A stretch of 64,000 nt of DNA from NCBI GenBank assembly GCA_963702845.1, contig OY969763.1:256001-320000 (forward strand), given 5' to 3'. The notes under the pieces are model-generated. The model had not been told where the DNA came from, ran no database searches, and saw only the letters and a program-made list of their open reading frames with translations. The DNA is from an uncultured Verrucomicrobiae bacterium (GTDB lineage: Bacteria > Verrucomicrobiota > Verrucomicrobiia > Limisphaerales > Palsa-1400). Every line of letters starts with the position of its first letter. The stretch's first letter is position 1. A program made the translations under genes and the position numbers. Positions 50,920 to 60,891 of this stretch are shown in pieces.

Positions 50920-51765
50920 ATGAATCGAATTAAAATCAGGGTTCTCATGCTCACGCACAACCGTCCGGGCTACACCGAGCTGGCCCTCTCGCGGCTCTGC
51001 GAAACCTTGCCCGATGATGCGCGCCTCACGGTTTGGGATAATGGATCGACTGGGGAGATGATTTCGCTCTTGAAAAAATTCGAACGTCACCCGCGTATCG
51101 AGCGCATCGTTTACAATCGCAAGAACGAAAAGCTTCGTGGTCCCACCAACTGGTTCTGGCAGTCCATCGGAGAAGCGGAATACGTGAGCAAGGTCGACGA
51201 TGATGGCCTGATGCCGGACAATTGGACGCAAATACTAGAACAGGCTCATCGCGATATTCCTGAAACTGGAATCCTCGGAACGTGGCGCTTTCCAGATGAA
51301 GATTATGTTGCCGATCTAGCCAGGAAAAAGATACAGACCTACGGGTCGCATCAGATTTTGCGAAACTGTTGGGTCGAGGGCTCTGGATATTTGATGAAGC
51401 GGTCGGTCATTGAACGGATCGGCCTGATCAAAGACGGCGAATCTTTCACGACATATTGTGTTCGCGCAGCCGCCGCCGGTTTTCTCAATGGCTGGTATTT
51501 TCCGTTCTTATACCAGGAACATATGGACGATCCGCGGGCGCCGCATACCGAAATGAAAACAGACGCGGACTTTCGTCGGCTTGAACCGCTAAGTGCGTCC
51601 ACCTTCAAGGTCAAATCGCGTGATGAATGGACAAACAAACTCCGACAGTTGGCGAAAAATCTACAGGCCTGCTCCTACGACCCGACCGATTATTTGGGGC
51701 CGAAGGCATGGGTGAAGCAACGCATGTGTAGAGTGCTGCGCAAGCCATACGCCCCACGTGCTTAA
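50920..51765 (+). CDS. Glycosyltransferase family 2-like protein
   Basis: MLTHNR, WDNGS, SKVDDD (DXD). Confidence 0.8.
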   Translation: MNRIKIRVLMLTHNRPGYTELALSRLCETLPDDARLTVWDNGSTGEMISLLKKFERHPRIERIVYNRKNEKLRGPTNWFWQSIGEAEYVSKVDDDGLMPDNWTQILEQAHRDIPETGILGTWRFPDEDYVADLARKKIQTYGSHQILRNCWVEGSGYLMKRSVIERIGLIKDGESFTTYCVRAAAAGFLNGWYFPFLYQEHMDDPRAPHTEMKTDADFRRLEPLSASTFKVKSRDEWTNKLRQLAKNLQACSYDPTDYLGPKAWVKQRMCRVLRKPYAPRA

Positions 51766-51790
51766 AGACTAAACGTCTCCTTTAACATCT

Positions 51791-53629
51791 GTGTCCGATT
51801 TCCTCCTAAGCTTCGACTCTGCGCCACAACAGGCACCATTGCTTCGCCTGTTGCAGCAGCCATATGGCGATCATCCGCCGGTTGGGCGCGTGTTGCCCTT
51901 GAAAATGGGTGGCGCGCTCGGAGTTCTCGAAGACAAAATCGCGCATGGACGCAACCTTCTTTCTCGCGGGACCCTCACGCTCGCCTGGGTCGGGGACCTT
52001 GTCTCGCCTCCGGGCCACAGCCTCGAAAAAGCGTTCAGTCGTTTGGCTCCAGCAGCTCGTCCCGAAGAATTGAAGGAGATGCTGCGGAACTCCGGTCTCC
52101 TCGAGTCGTTGGGCGGCGCATTCGCTGCTGTCCTCGCCAGTGACGAGTGTGTTGCTCTCATCACTGATCCACTTGGTAGTGTTCAGGTTTATATCGGCTC
52201 AACGCCGGATGGAAAAATTGTTGCCGCGGGCACTCACGCGGACCTCGTTGCGGCTGTGACCGGTGTCGACTCGATCGATCCCGCTTCGGTTTGCGATTTC
52301 ATGAACGCCGGCATCGCCTGTTGCCCGCACACCATTCACCGGCACGTGCGTGAACTCGCGCCTGGAACCGTTGCGCTGTTCAGTCGCCAACCTGACCATG
52401 CGATTCGCTGTGAGGAATTTCAATATTGGGTTCCGCCTTCCGAGCTCACTGGACGGATCGATCAGGAAGAACTTACCCGGGAGTTTGTCGCTCGTTGGAA
52501 AAATGCGGTCCATGCTCGCTGCGATGGTAACCTGCTCGGCATTCAATTGAGCGGTGGTCTGGATTCGCGCATGGTCATGGCAACGATTCCGCGCGAGAAA
52601 ACCGCCATCGGATTAACCCTTTGCGACCAGATCAACCGCGAGGCCCGCATCGCCCGCACTGTAGCTCAATGTTATAACCGCGAATGGCGAACCCTTCAGC
52701 GTGACCCGGAATATTTGGGCCGGACCGCCCTGGATTCGATTCGTCTCATGGGCTGCGAGGGCGAATGGCAACATGCGCACTGCCTCGGGTTCGCCGAATC
52801 GATTCGTAGCATGGGGGTCGACACCGTGTTCAGCGGCCTCTACATGGACAATAATTTCAAAGGATATTACGCAAAGGACATCGTGCGCATCGGTCGCCTC
52901 GGCGGCTTGCTCCCGGCGGTATACAAATCCGTTTCACTGGATTACATCGATCAAATCAGCCCGTTTTGCCGCGAAAAAGTTAAAACAGATTTCTTGGACG
53001 AGTCTCTGGCGCGACGCAAACGATTTTATGCCGGGCACTTCGCTCGGAACCGTTCGAGTCAATGGGAATGGCTGGATGGCTACCCCAATTCACAAGCCAG
53101 CGACAATACCGGTTGGGTCGCTGAACGGCGCGTCATGCGTTTGCGCCTGCCAGTCATGGATCGACCGCTCGTAGAACTGGCCTTCCAAATCCCGGCGACA
53201 ATGAAAGCCGACGGACAGTTCTTCGAAAAGGCTGTGGCCCGCGCGCTCGGGCCGGGGTGTCGCATCCCCAATGCGAACGACGGTGTCCGTCCCGGCAGTG
53301 GCCACTGGTCGCGCCTGGCCCAACGGACAATTCGCAAACTCCAAAACAAAAAGCGGAATACGTTGGCGCGTTTGGGTGCCAAAGTTGAAGTGCCGCACTC
53401 GTGGCACGATTTCCAGACCTACTGGCGTGAAAGCGCCACCCTCGACCAATTGCGCCGCGACCACGGTCACAATTTGCAGGACTTTCTAGAAGTATTTAAA
53501 CACGACCCTTTACCACAGCTTCACGACAAGAATCTTAATTGCCAGTTTGGCTATCGTTTTCTGCAATTGGCCGTGTGGCGTTCTGTTATGAAACAATACC
53601 GTGCCGTCGCTGCGGGTCGCTCTCTTTAA
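51791..53629 (+). CDS. Second asparagine-synthetase-related amidoligase lacking the N-terminal Cys
   Basis: L.GAFA........ITDPLG, PP-loop QLSGGLDSR; the protein starts MSDF; paralog of 38267. Confidence 0.85.
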   Translation: MSDFLLSFDSAPQQAPLLRLLQQPYGDHPPVGRVLPLKMGGALGVLEDKIAHGRNLLSRGTLTLAWVGDLVSPPGHSLEKAFSRLAPAARPEELKEMLRNSGLLESLGGAFAAVLASDECVALITDPLGSVQVYIGSTPDGKIVAAGTHADLVAAVTGVDSIDPASVCDFMNAGIACCPHTIHRHVRELAPGTVALFSRQPDHAIRCEEFQYWVPPSELTGRIDQEELTREFVARWKNAVHARCDGNLLGIQLSGGLDSRMVMATIPREKTAIGLTLCDQINREARIARTVAQCYNREWRTLQRDPEYLGRTALDSIRLMGCEGEWQHAHCLGFAESIRSMGVDTVFSGLYMDNNFKGYYAKDIVRIGRLGGLLPAVYKSVSLDYIDQISPFCREKVKTDFLDESLARRKRFYAGHFARNRSSQWEWLDGYPNSQASDNTGWVAERRVMRLRLPVMDRPLVELAFQIPATMKADGQFFEKAVARALGPGCRIPNANDGVRPGSGHWSRLAQRTIRKLQNKKRNTLARLGAKVEVPHSWHDFQTYWRESATLDQLRRDHGHNLQDFLEVFKHDPLPQLHDKNLNCQFGYRFLQLAVWRSVMKQYRAVAAGRSL

Positions 53630-53635
53630 TCAACC

Positions 53636-54340
53636 GTGAAAAATCCCTCGCAGAACTCCAAAACGGACGTCTATTACAATCGCGATCGTCCTTCAATCCA
53701 GGCGCTGGTCAAAACCGGACCGAACCGCGTTTTAGACCTCGGCTGTGGTTCCGGCGCTGTCGGAAAACGTCTGAAAGAGCAGGGGAAAACTGCTGAATTG
53801 ATCGGCGTTGAACTGTTCGAGGATGCCGCCGCTCAAGCTTCGCGTGTGTATGACAAAGTATTTACCGGCGACATAGAAATTCTCGATCTGCCGTATCAGG
53901 CACACTTCGACTACATCATCTGCGGCGATATTCTCGAACATCTCAAAGACCCATATTCGGTCGTTCGCCGTATTGCCGGCTGGTTAAAACCAGATGGCCA
54001 GTTCATCTGCAGTCTGCCGAATGTTAGACATTGGCCAGTAACTGCGAACCTGATCTTTCGGGGTGCCTGGGACTACCGTGATGCGGGCGTCATGGATCGC
54101 ACACACCTTCGGTTCTTCACCCGCCGTTCGTGCTTTGCCATGTTGCAGGACGCTGGATTCGAGGTCATTCAAAGTCGAATGCTCATTTTTGGTAGAAAGT
54201 ATCAACTTCTCAATGGTTTGACCTTTAACCTGTTTGACGAATTTCTCGGTTCGCAAATCGTCGCTCTGGCTAAAAAACATCCGGCATCAAACGTCAACCG
54301 ATTCGAAAAAAGCGTAACACCTGGAAACCCAAGGGCCTGA
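53636..54340 (+). CDS. Class I SAM-dependent methyltransferase (polysaccharide-locus type)
   Basis: VLDLGCGSG, FDYIICGDILEHLKDP, SLPNVRH, G.MDRTHLRFFT. Confidence 0.9.
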   Translation: MKNPSQNSKTDVYYNRDRPSIQALVKTGPNRVLDLGCGSGAVGKRLKEQGKTAELIGVELFEDAAAQASRVYDKVFTGDIEILDLPYQAHFDYIICGDILEHLKDPYSVVRRIAGWLKPDGQFICSLPNVRHWPVTANLIFRGAWDYRDAGVMDRTHLRFFTRRSCFAMLQDAGFEVIQSRMLIFGRKYQLLNGLTFNLFDEFLGSQIVALAKKHPASNVNRFEKSVTPGNPRA

Positions 54341-54403
54341 CCGGTCAGGCCTGCGATTGGTTTCTTTCGTAACCTGAAACAGTAACATCATTCGAGGTTA
54401 GTT

Positions 54404-56137
54404 ATGCATAAGTCCTTATCAATAACGCTTGTTGGTTTCGCATTGTCTGTGTCGACGATGTTCGGCGCCGCTCCGGAAATCCTCTCGTCCAGCCCAGCCA
54501 TTGGTTTCATCTGGACGAACCCGGTTTCGGGCAATTTGTCCATCATTGAGCAGCGCACCAATCTCTCCACGGGCGCTTGGACGCCGTTTTTCTACGACAC
54601 TGGGAGTAACGGCCTCCGCACGACTGCAGCTCCGATCTCGCCGTCAAACACGGCATTCTATCGCATCGGCGTTCAGACGAACATCCCCGACCCTTCCCTG
54701 ATCATGCACCTGCCTTTCGACAACGCATTCTCAAATGGCGTCGTGCTCGACATCTCCGGACATGGCAACAATGGATTACGATACGGCAAACCCTGCTGCC
54801 CCACTAACTGGCCAACGTCTACCGTTGGCCCCGATGGCAGCCAGGCGGCGGAGTTCCATTGGTACATTGACGGTTGGGGGCTCTACGGAAAATCAGGGGA
54901 CTATGTGGGTATCCCTTACTCGCCATCTTTCACCAATCTTACACAGGCGACCATTTGCGCATGGGTGCATTATTACACCGCGATGTATAATGACATCAAC
55001 AATGACCATAACGACAGCATTCTCGATACCGGCCAGGATGTGGCCGGCACTTTCAATCTTGGGCGTGCCTATTCGGATCATACCTCATTCAACACCTATG
55101 TTGGCCCAGGCAACCAGGTGCAAATAATCGACTTTCCGGATGTCGCGCCCACTGGTGACACCGGCGGCTGGCATTATTACTCCATCACGTTTAGCAACGG
55201 ACTCGTAAAAGGATATTTCGACGGCAAGCTATTTCAGACCACCAGTGTCCCCGTAGCCGCACTGACAATGGCAGGATATTATATCGGTATTGCCGGATGG
55301 ACCTTCAACGGAACTCCACAAATGGATTTGTCAGTGGATGAGTATCCAAATAATGCCTGGATTAACGGGGCTGTCGATGACGTGCGCATTTACAATCGCG
55401 CTTTGGATGATGCTGAAATCAACGCGTTATACATAAGCTTCGATAAGGCAACGCCATCCCCTCCGTTTAACGTTACAGCTTCGCCGGCCTCCAGCAGTCA
55501 GGTGGTTCTTCATTGGTCGTCGGACAGCGGTACGTTCCCGATTGCAGGATACGTCTTACGCCGCAACGGCACTGTTATTGGCACTTCGCCCAACGCGATG
55601 TTTTTCGATAGTGGCCTCGCCGCTCAATCGACTAATTCTTATACAGTGCAGTGCTTCGACGTTGGCGGGCACTATTCTACCGAGTCTGAGATTGTGACAA
55701 CCACCACGTTTCCAAGTGGCGTCGACATTGTCCTTGATGATGCGGACCTGGCTCCCTGGGTCACTAAGGTCGGAGCATGGAACGTCTATGCCACCCAGCC
55801 CGGCTATTACGGCAGTGGATTTCTAAGCAGTGACAAGGTTGCTGGAAAGACTATCACCATTCGACCTCCTTTGCCGGAAAGTGGAACATACAGCGTTTAC
55901 ATGCGCTATCCTGGTACATCCAGTATCGGCAGTGTGCTTTCCAGCGCAGTTCCAGTCGACATCGTGCATGGTGGAACAACTAATACAGTGATCGTCAACG
56001 AACAGAGTGGATTCGGAATATGGAAGTTGCTTGGCCAGTTTCAATTGTCCGCGGGCACAAACGACTTCGTCCAGCTACGAACCGACGGAACCGACGGTTA
56101 TTACGTTTTTGCAGACGCATTTCTGTTTATCAAATGA
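54404..56137 (+). CDS. Secreted LamG + fibronectin III + golvesin/xanthan-lyase-C-terminal-like protein
   Basis: Signal peptide; DISGHGNNG, DDVRIYNRAL; FN3 (P.PP.NV...SSSQV.L.W, GY.LRRNG); G.W......GYYG, VN.Q...G.W..LG.F, ADA..F. Confidence 0.8.
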   Translation: MHKSLSITLVGFALSVSTMFGAAPEILSSSPAIGFIWTNPVSGNLSIIEQRTNLSTGAWTPFFYDTGSNGLRTTAAPISPSNTAFYRIGVQTNIPDPSLIMHLPFDNAFSNGVVLDISGHGNNGLRYGKPCCPTNWPTSTVGPDGSQAAEFHWYIDGWGLYGKSGDYVGIPYSPSFTNLTQATICAWVHYYTAMYNDINNDHNDSILDTGQDVAGTFNLGRAYSDHTSFNTYVGPGNQVQIIDFPDVAPTGDTGGWHYYSITFSNGLVKGYFDGKLFQTTSVPVAALTMAGYYIGIAGWTFNGTPQMDLSVDEYPNNAWINGAVDDVRIYNRALDDAEINALYISFDKATPSPPFNVTASPASSSQVVLHWSSDSGTFPIAGYVLRRNGTVIGTSPNAMFFDSGLAAQSTNSYTVQCFDVGGHYSTESEIVTTTTFPSGVDIVLDDADLAPWVTKVGAWNVYATQPGYYGSGFLSSDKVAGKTITIRPPLPESGTYSVYMRYPGTSSIGSVLSSAVPVDIVHGGTTNTVIVNEQSGFGIWKLLGQFQLSAGTNDFVQLRTDGTDGYYVFADAFLFIK

Positions 56138-56194
56138 GGAAAATCATCTCGGCCCCTCTGCTGATGCCCTTCGCGCGGCATCCCCGTTTTATCC

Positions 56195-57592
56195 GTGGCT
56201 ATTAACATTGTCATCATCTGCTTCGTCGCGCTCGCGGTTCAGTTTTTCCTCCGGCGGGACTTTGACAAGGGTGTGGCGGCAGCCGTTTTCTTTTTGGTTC
56301 TTTTGCCGCGCGAGATCGGTATCCCATTGCCCGGTGCGTTGCCCGAACTAACAGGTCATCGGGTCGTTCTTTTGGTATTCCTGTTTAATGTGATGCCGCG
56401 CTTGCGTTGGGCGAACCTGGCGCCGGTTTCATCGATCGTCCTGTTGCTCTGCCTTGAAGGCGCATGCCGATTGCTTTCGACCTTCACTGCAGTGGATGCG
56501 GCCGCGAGTATAAAAACGGTGATCGACTATTGGATTGAGACGGTCTTGTTCGTCGTGATCATGCTAAGCGTTTTGAAGGAGCGCCGGACGATCCAATTCG
56601 TCGCCTGGAGCAGCCTCTTCGCCTTGGTGATCATCGCCGCATTAGGAACGATCGAGAAATACACTGGAAGAAATCTCGTCGCAGAAATCGTTCCTGACAT
56701 GGTCAAGCAGTCTGATGGTGTCTCCGCTACGTTTCGGCACCGGATTCTTTTCGGCTACGCGATGGCGATGGGATTTCCGATTGCCTTGGCCTTGCGAAAT
56801 ACTGGCGAGGGGCGGTGGAAGCGCTGGTTGCCTAAGATCGGGGTTCTTCTGTTGCTCGCTGCCTCTTATTATAGCGGAAGTCGCGGCCCTTGGGTCGGTT
56901 GCGCGTTGGGCGGTATAGTGTTGGCGTTCACCGCAGGCCGATCAATGCGACGGAAACTTACCTTTCTCGCCATCATCGGGGTTCTGTTGCTAGCCAGTCG
57001 ACCAGGTGTTTACGATACGATTTCAAGTCTTTGGGGTCAGAGCTTTGACGAGAACACCGTCAAAGGAAAGTCCACCGATTATCGTCGTCTGTTATGGCAC
57101 ATCGCCTACGAAGAATTGACCAAATCGGCCGATCACGCAGTGTTCGGGTACGGAGGGCACAGCACGGAACTGTTGGACGTAAGTGCCTACTTCGATGCCG
57201 GAGCGGGAGGGACCACTGAGGGATTAGGCCATACTAGCTGGGACAGCCAATTGGCCTCCGATTTCATGCAATTTGGATTCCTCGGGTTTGGAGTTGAGCT
57301 GCTCCTTTATTTTGCGATTTTCAAAGTCTTTCGCCGTGCCTGTCTTAATGTTAGGGACGGGCCTGATCGAGAATTTATCGGCGCATGTTGCGCCGTCGCA
57401 GTCATCTTCTTTTGGGCGATGACAACGGTGGCCATCTTTAATCCGCAATTATACTTCTTATTTTGGGTATTCGTTGCGATTGCCGCCCGCTTTTACACCG
57501 CAACTGACGATACTGAAGATAACATCAGCGATTTTTCCGAGACTGATCCGATAAAACCAGTGTTTAGCACCGCGGCCTTGCATGCGGAATAG
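56195..57592 (+). CDS. O-antigen ligase/Wzy-family polysaccharide polymerase
   Basis: About 11 TM segments; SGSRG motif, S..YR..LW, FGYG. Confidence 0.8.
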   Translation: MAINIVIICFVALAVQFFLRRDFDKGVAAAVFFLVLLPREIGIPLPGALPELTGHRVVLLVFLFNVMPRLRWANLAPVSSIVLLLCLEGACRLLSTFTAVDAAASIKTVIDYWIETVLFVVIMLSVLKERRTIQFVAWSSLFALVIIAALGTIEKYTGRNLVAEIVPDMVKQSDGVSATFRHRILFGYAMAMGFPIALALRNTGEGRWKRWLPKIGVLLLLAASYYSGSRGPWVGCALGGIVLAFTAGRSMRRKLTFLAIIGVLLLASRPGVYDTISSLWGQSFDENTVKGKSTDYRRLLWHIAYEELTKSADHAVFGYGGHSTELLDVSAYFDAGAGGTTEGLGHTSWDSQLASDFMQFGFLGFGVELLLYFAIFKVFRRACLNVRDGPDREFIGACCAVAVIFFWAMTTVAIFNPQLYFLFWVFVAIAARFYTATDDTEDNISDFSETDPIKPVFSTAALHAE

Positions 57593-57613
57593 AACCACCT
57601 CCCAAACTAGCCT

Positions 57614-58894
57614 ATGACAACGAACAGTTTGATATTTGATCGCCGCGAATCCGAAGTCCGTTCCTACTGTCGCGCCTTCCCGGCCGTTTTCAACAAAGCG
57701 CAAGGCGCTTTCCTCTACGACGAAGCCGGCACTCGCTACCTGGACTTCTTCGCCGGTGCCGGGACGCTCAATTACGGCCACAATAATCCTGCAATCAAAA
57801 AAGCCGTCATCGACTACCTCGAGCGTGACGGCATTGTCCATGCACTCGATTTGTGGACCGGCGCGAAACGTGCCCTTCTCGAAGCATTCGAGACCAACAT
57901 CCTCAATCCACGTAATCTCGATTATAAGATCCAGTTCACAGGCCCCACCGGCACCAATGCCGTTGAAGCCGCTCTCAAGCTTGCGCGCAAAGCAAAGAAT
58001 CGCTCCAACATCGTCGCCTTCACCAACGGTTACCATGGCCTTTCCGGAAACGCGCTTTCCACCACCGGCAATCGCCACTTCCGCACGGAAGCATTCGTTA
58101 ACCGGCTCGACGTTTCGTTCCTGCCTTTTGACGGCTATTGCGGTGACGGCTTCGATTCGTTGAAATATTTCCAACGGTTGATCGAGGACAACAGTAGCGG
58201 CCTCGATCTCCCTGCCGCTGTCATCCTCGAAACCATCCAGGCCGAAGGCGGAATCAATATTGCCCGCAAAGAGTGGCTCCAGGGCCTCGAAGCGCTCTGC
58301 CGCAAACACGATATTCTGTTGATCGTCGACGACATCCAGGTTGGCAACGGTCGCACGGGCGATTTCTTCAGCTTCGAATTCGCCGGCATCCGTCCCGACC
58401 TCGTCACGGTCTCAAAAGCCATCGGCGGCTTGGGTCTTCCGATGTCACTTGTCTTGATCAACCCAAAGATCGATCTCTGGAAACCAGCGGAGCACACCGG
58501 CACCTTCCGGGGAAATAACCTCGCTTTCGTCGCCGCCACCGCGGCATTGCAGTATTGGCAAAACAACGAATTTTCCAACGAGATAAAGCGCAAAGGAGAG
58601 CTGTTGCGCTCCTTGCTCGAAGCCGTCAAAGACAAATTCCCGTCACTCGATTGCAAAGTGCGCGGACGCGGCCTCATTTACGGCCTCGAAATCCCGCAGC
58701 CCGGCTTCGCCAAATTGGTTTCCCGCGAAGCGTTCCAGCGAAAGCTTATTATCGAGCTGGCAGGTGCCGACGATCAAGTGGTGAAATTCCTCCCGCCGCT
58801 GATAACTGACGATCAATCCCTGCGCGATGGCGTGCAGATCGTTGATCAAAGTATTGCTGCAATCCTCAAGGGTGCGATTAAAGCCGGTGGTTGA
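57614..58894 (+). CDS. ectB: Diaminobutyrate--2-oxoglutarate aminotransferase (EctB type)
   Basis: ESEVRSYCRAFP, DFFAGAGTLNYGHN, GPTGTNAVEAALKLARK, ETIQAEGGIN, DDIQVG.GRTG, SKAIGG, EHTGTFRGNN. Confidence 0.92.
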   Translation: MTTNSLIFDRRESEVRSYCRAFPAVFNKAQGAFLYDEAGTRYLDFFAGAGTLNYGHNNPAIKKAVIDYLERDGIVHALDLWTGAKRALLEAFETNILNPRNLDYKIQFTGPTGTNAVEAALKLARKAKNRSNIVAFTNGYHGLSGNALSTTGNRHFRTEAFVNRLDVSFLPFDGYCGDGFDSLKYFQRLIEDNSSGLDLPAAVILETIQAEGGINIARKEWLQGLEALCRKHDILLIVDDIQVGNGRTGDFFSFEFAGIRPDLVTVSKAIGGLGLPMSLVLINPKIDLWKPAEHTGTFRGNNLAFVAATAALQYWQNNEFSNEIKRKGELLRSLLEAVKDKFPSLDCKVRGRGLIYGLEIPQPGFAKLVSREAFQRKLIIELAGADDQVVKFLPPLITDDQSLRDGVQIVDQSIAAILKGAIKAGG

Positions 58895-59006
58895 TTGGAA
58901 TGGATTTGGGCCGATGCAATGACGTGGATCCAACGCCCGGACACTTGACTCTGCCGCTTCACAGGCCCAGCATCCTCAAAAATGAGACATTGTGAAAGCA
59001 ATTCTC

Positions 59007-59046
59007 CCTTAATCGCGCCAGTGTCAAAAGCAATTTCCTATCAGTA
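59007..59046 (+). repeat. 40-bp imperfect direct repeat, copy 1
   Basis: CCTTAATCGCGCCAGTGTCAAAAGCAATTTCCTATCAGTA; 36/40 identical to 59870-59909. Confidence 0.85.
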
Positions 59047-59079
59047 AAGAATCTTGGGACGTTTACGAGTGCAACTTCT

Positions 59080-59799
59080 ATGAATTCCGTCGAATTAAAC
59101 GCCCCGCCGCATGCCGTTGCAAATGCGCCCTGGATGCGCCGCATTCGATCGTCGCGATGGGTGGCGGCGGCCGTAAAGGCTGTGCGGCTCATTGCGACTG
59201 GCAAGACGCGTCTTTTAATCGCCGTGCCATGCTACCGTCTATGGTGGCAACTGCGCGGCTTGGATTTTGGCGTTGTGTCGATCGAGGACTTAGGACTCGC
59301 GGCGGACCGTGCCAGCCAGCACATGGACGGCGGCGGACCGCTCTTGGCCGATTTACTTCGTCAATTGAACATCTCGGCGGACGACACGGTGCTCGACCTG
59401 GGTTCCGGCAAAGGGGGCGCGATGGCCACGCTGGCTCAGTTCCCGTTTCAGCAAGTGGACGGCGTTGAGATTTGCCTGCCATTGGCCGAGGCAGCGCGGC
59501 GCAATTTGGCGAAACTGAAACTGACCAACTGCCGCGTAATTGCGGCCGACGCGACAACGCTGACGGACCTCGAACGCTACACCTACATCTTTATGTATAA
59601 CCCGTTTCCGGAGCCGGTTCTGCGGACCGTGCTGGCCAATATTGTCGCGTCGTTGCGCCGCGCGCCGCGCCGGATGCGGCTCATTTACAGCAACCCGCTC
59701 TGCGAAAAAGAAATTCTGGCCTCCGGCAGCTTCAAGAAAGCGCTGGTGTATCAGCCCTATCCGGAGTATCAGATCGCCGTTTACGACCACGAGCGGTGA
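59080..59799 (+). CDS. Class I SAM-dependent methyltransferase
   Basis: LDLGSGKG, DGVE, A..NL, ADA, FMYNPF, LIYSNP. Confidence 0.88.
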   Translation: MNSVELNAPPHAVANAPWMRRIRSSRWVAAAVKAVRLIATGKTRLLIAVPCYRLWWQLRGLDFGVVSIEDLGLAADRASQHMDGGGPLLADLLRQLNISADDTVLDLGSGKGGAMATLAQFPFQQVDGVEICLPLAEAARRNLAKLKLTNCRVIAADATTLTDLERYTYIFMYNPFPEPVLRTVLANIVASLRRAPRRMRLIYSNPLCEKEILASGSFKKALVYQPYPEYQIAVYDHER

Positions 59800-59869
59800 C
59801 GCACGGATAGTAACCGCGTCTACTGCTTATCGGTTGGCGCGGCGTCTGCCCCATCGGCCTGCTTCGCGT

Positions 59870-59909
59870 CCTTAACCGCGCCAGCGTCAAAAGTAATTTC
59901 CAATCAGTA
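59870..59909 (+). repeat. 40-bp imperfect direct repeat, copy 2
   Basis: CCTTAACCGCGCCAGCGTCAAAAGTAATTTCCAATCAGTA. Confidence 0.85.
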
Positions 59910-59956
59910 TCAGCAACTAATTTCCGCGTCGAAGCCCATTCTTACGTAACTCCCCC

Positions 59957-60820
59957 ATGATCTCGCTGTGGCAGCCAATGACCGTTGCAGAATTCGCTGA
60001 TTTTGAGCGCATTCTTGACCCGCAAATCATCAGTGCCAATGGCAACCACTGGCGACGAGTTCGCCCGTTCTTCTTTCGCCCCATATTGCCTTATCGCGAA
60101 TATTCGGCGAATTCGCTGCGACCACCCTGGCAATGCACTATCGGCGGCTTCCAACACGCATTGCCAACAGAGACCGGTTCCAATTCCATTCTTGCTTGCC
60201 TGCTCTTCCAGGACGTGCCGATCTATTCACTCAATTCGTTGGATTACAATCGCAAGCGCCAGGTCAAAATCGCCGCGAAGAATTTTACGATCCGGCCCAT
60301 GACCGATGTTGCCGAGTTCAAGAACAAAGCTTATCCCGTCTATCTGTCGTTTTATCAACGGACGCAATACCAGTACGGCGCTGACCGGTGCGCGCGCCCT
60401 TTCTTTGAAAAGTGGGCCGACTCGCTTTTTGCCGCGCCCAAAGCGTTGGTTCTGGGCGCATGGAAAGATGACTGCCTCGGCGGCGTCAGCATCAGTCAAC
60501 TGGTGGAAGATACCCTGCATTATTCCACCTTCTTTTGTGACGAAGAATCGTTGCGTTTGAATGTGTCCGATTTGATGCTGCATTTCATTCGTGAAAACAT
60601 CGCCGGGTATCCGGGCGTAACTTCTGTATTCGCTGGAATGTACAAAGGCGGCAATGGCCTCGATTCCTTTTACCTCCTTAGAGGCGGCAAGCTCGTCCGC
60701 AAACCAGCCGCACTGCATCTTAGTCCAATGGCCAAAGTATGTTTGCAGTATTTGCTCTCTCGGCAGTACGCCTTACTTCAAGGCAAACCCGAAAATGTTG
60801 CCGCCCAAGGCGCGGCGTAA
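59957..60820 (+). CDS. Hypothetical protein, probably a divergent GNAT/FemAB-like fold
   Basis: L....KRQVK.A...F.I..., ...LGAW....LGG, SDLML..I.E, GLDSF pattern resembles FemAB-like GNATs. Confidence 0.5.
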   Translation: MISLWQPMTVAEFADFERILDPQIISANGNHWRRVRPFFFRPILPYREYSANSLRPPWQCTIGGFQHALPTETGSNSILACLLFQDVPIYSLNSLDYNRKRQVKIAAKNFTIRPMTDVAEFKNKAYPVYLSFYQRTQYQYGADRCARPFFEKWADSLFAAPKALVLGAWKDDCLGGVSISQLVEDTLHYSTFFCDEESLRLNVSDLMLHFIRENIAGYPGVTSVFAGMYKGGNGLDSFYLLRGGKLVRKPAALHLSPMAKVCLQYLLSRQYALLQGKPENVAAQGAA

Positions 60821-60891
60821 ATTGCGGGCCTGTGTCGGTTACGCTGTTGACACACCCACCACTTAATCACACCCAATCCTCAACCCGCTAA

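Noticed and set aside
38267..53629. Lasso-peptide cluster (AsnB-like cyclases)
   Set aside because: No B1/B2 (PqqD/transglutaminase-like) genes or precursor peptide were seen; the context is polysaccharide synthesis.
57614..58894. Ectoine biosynthesis operon
   Set aside because: No ectA, ectC, ectD or ask is adjacent; the gene is embedded in the EPS operon.
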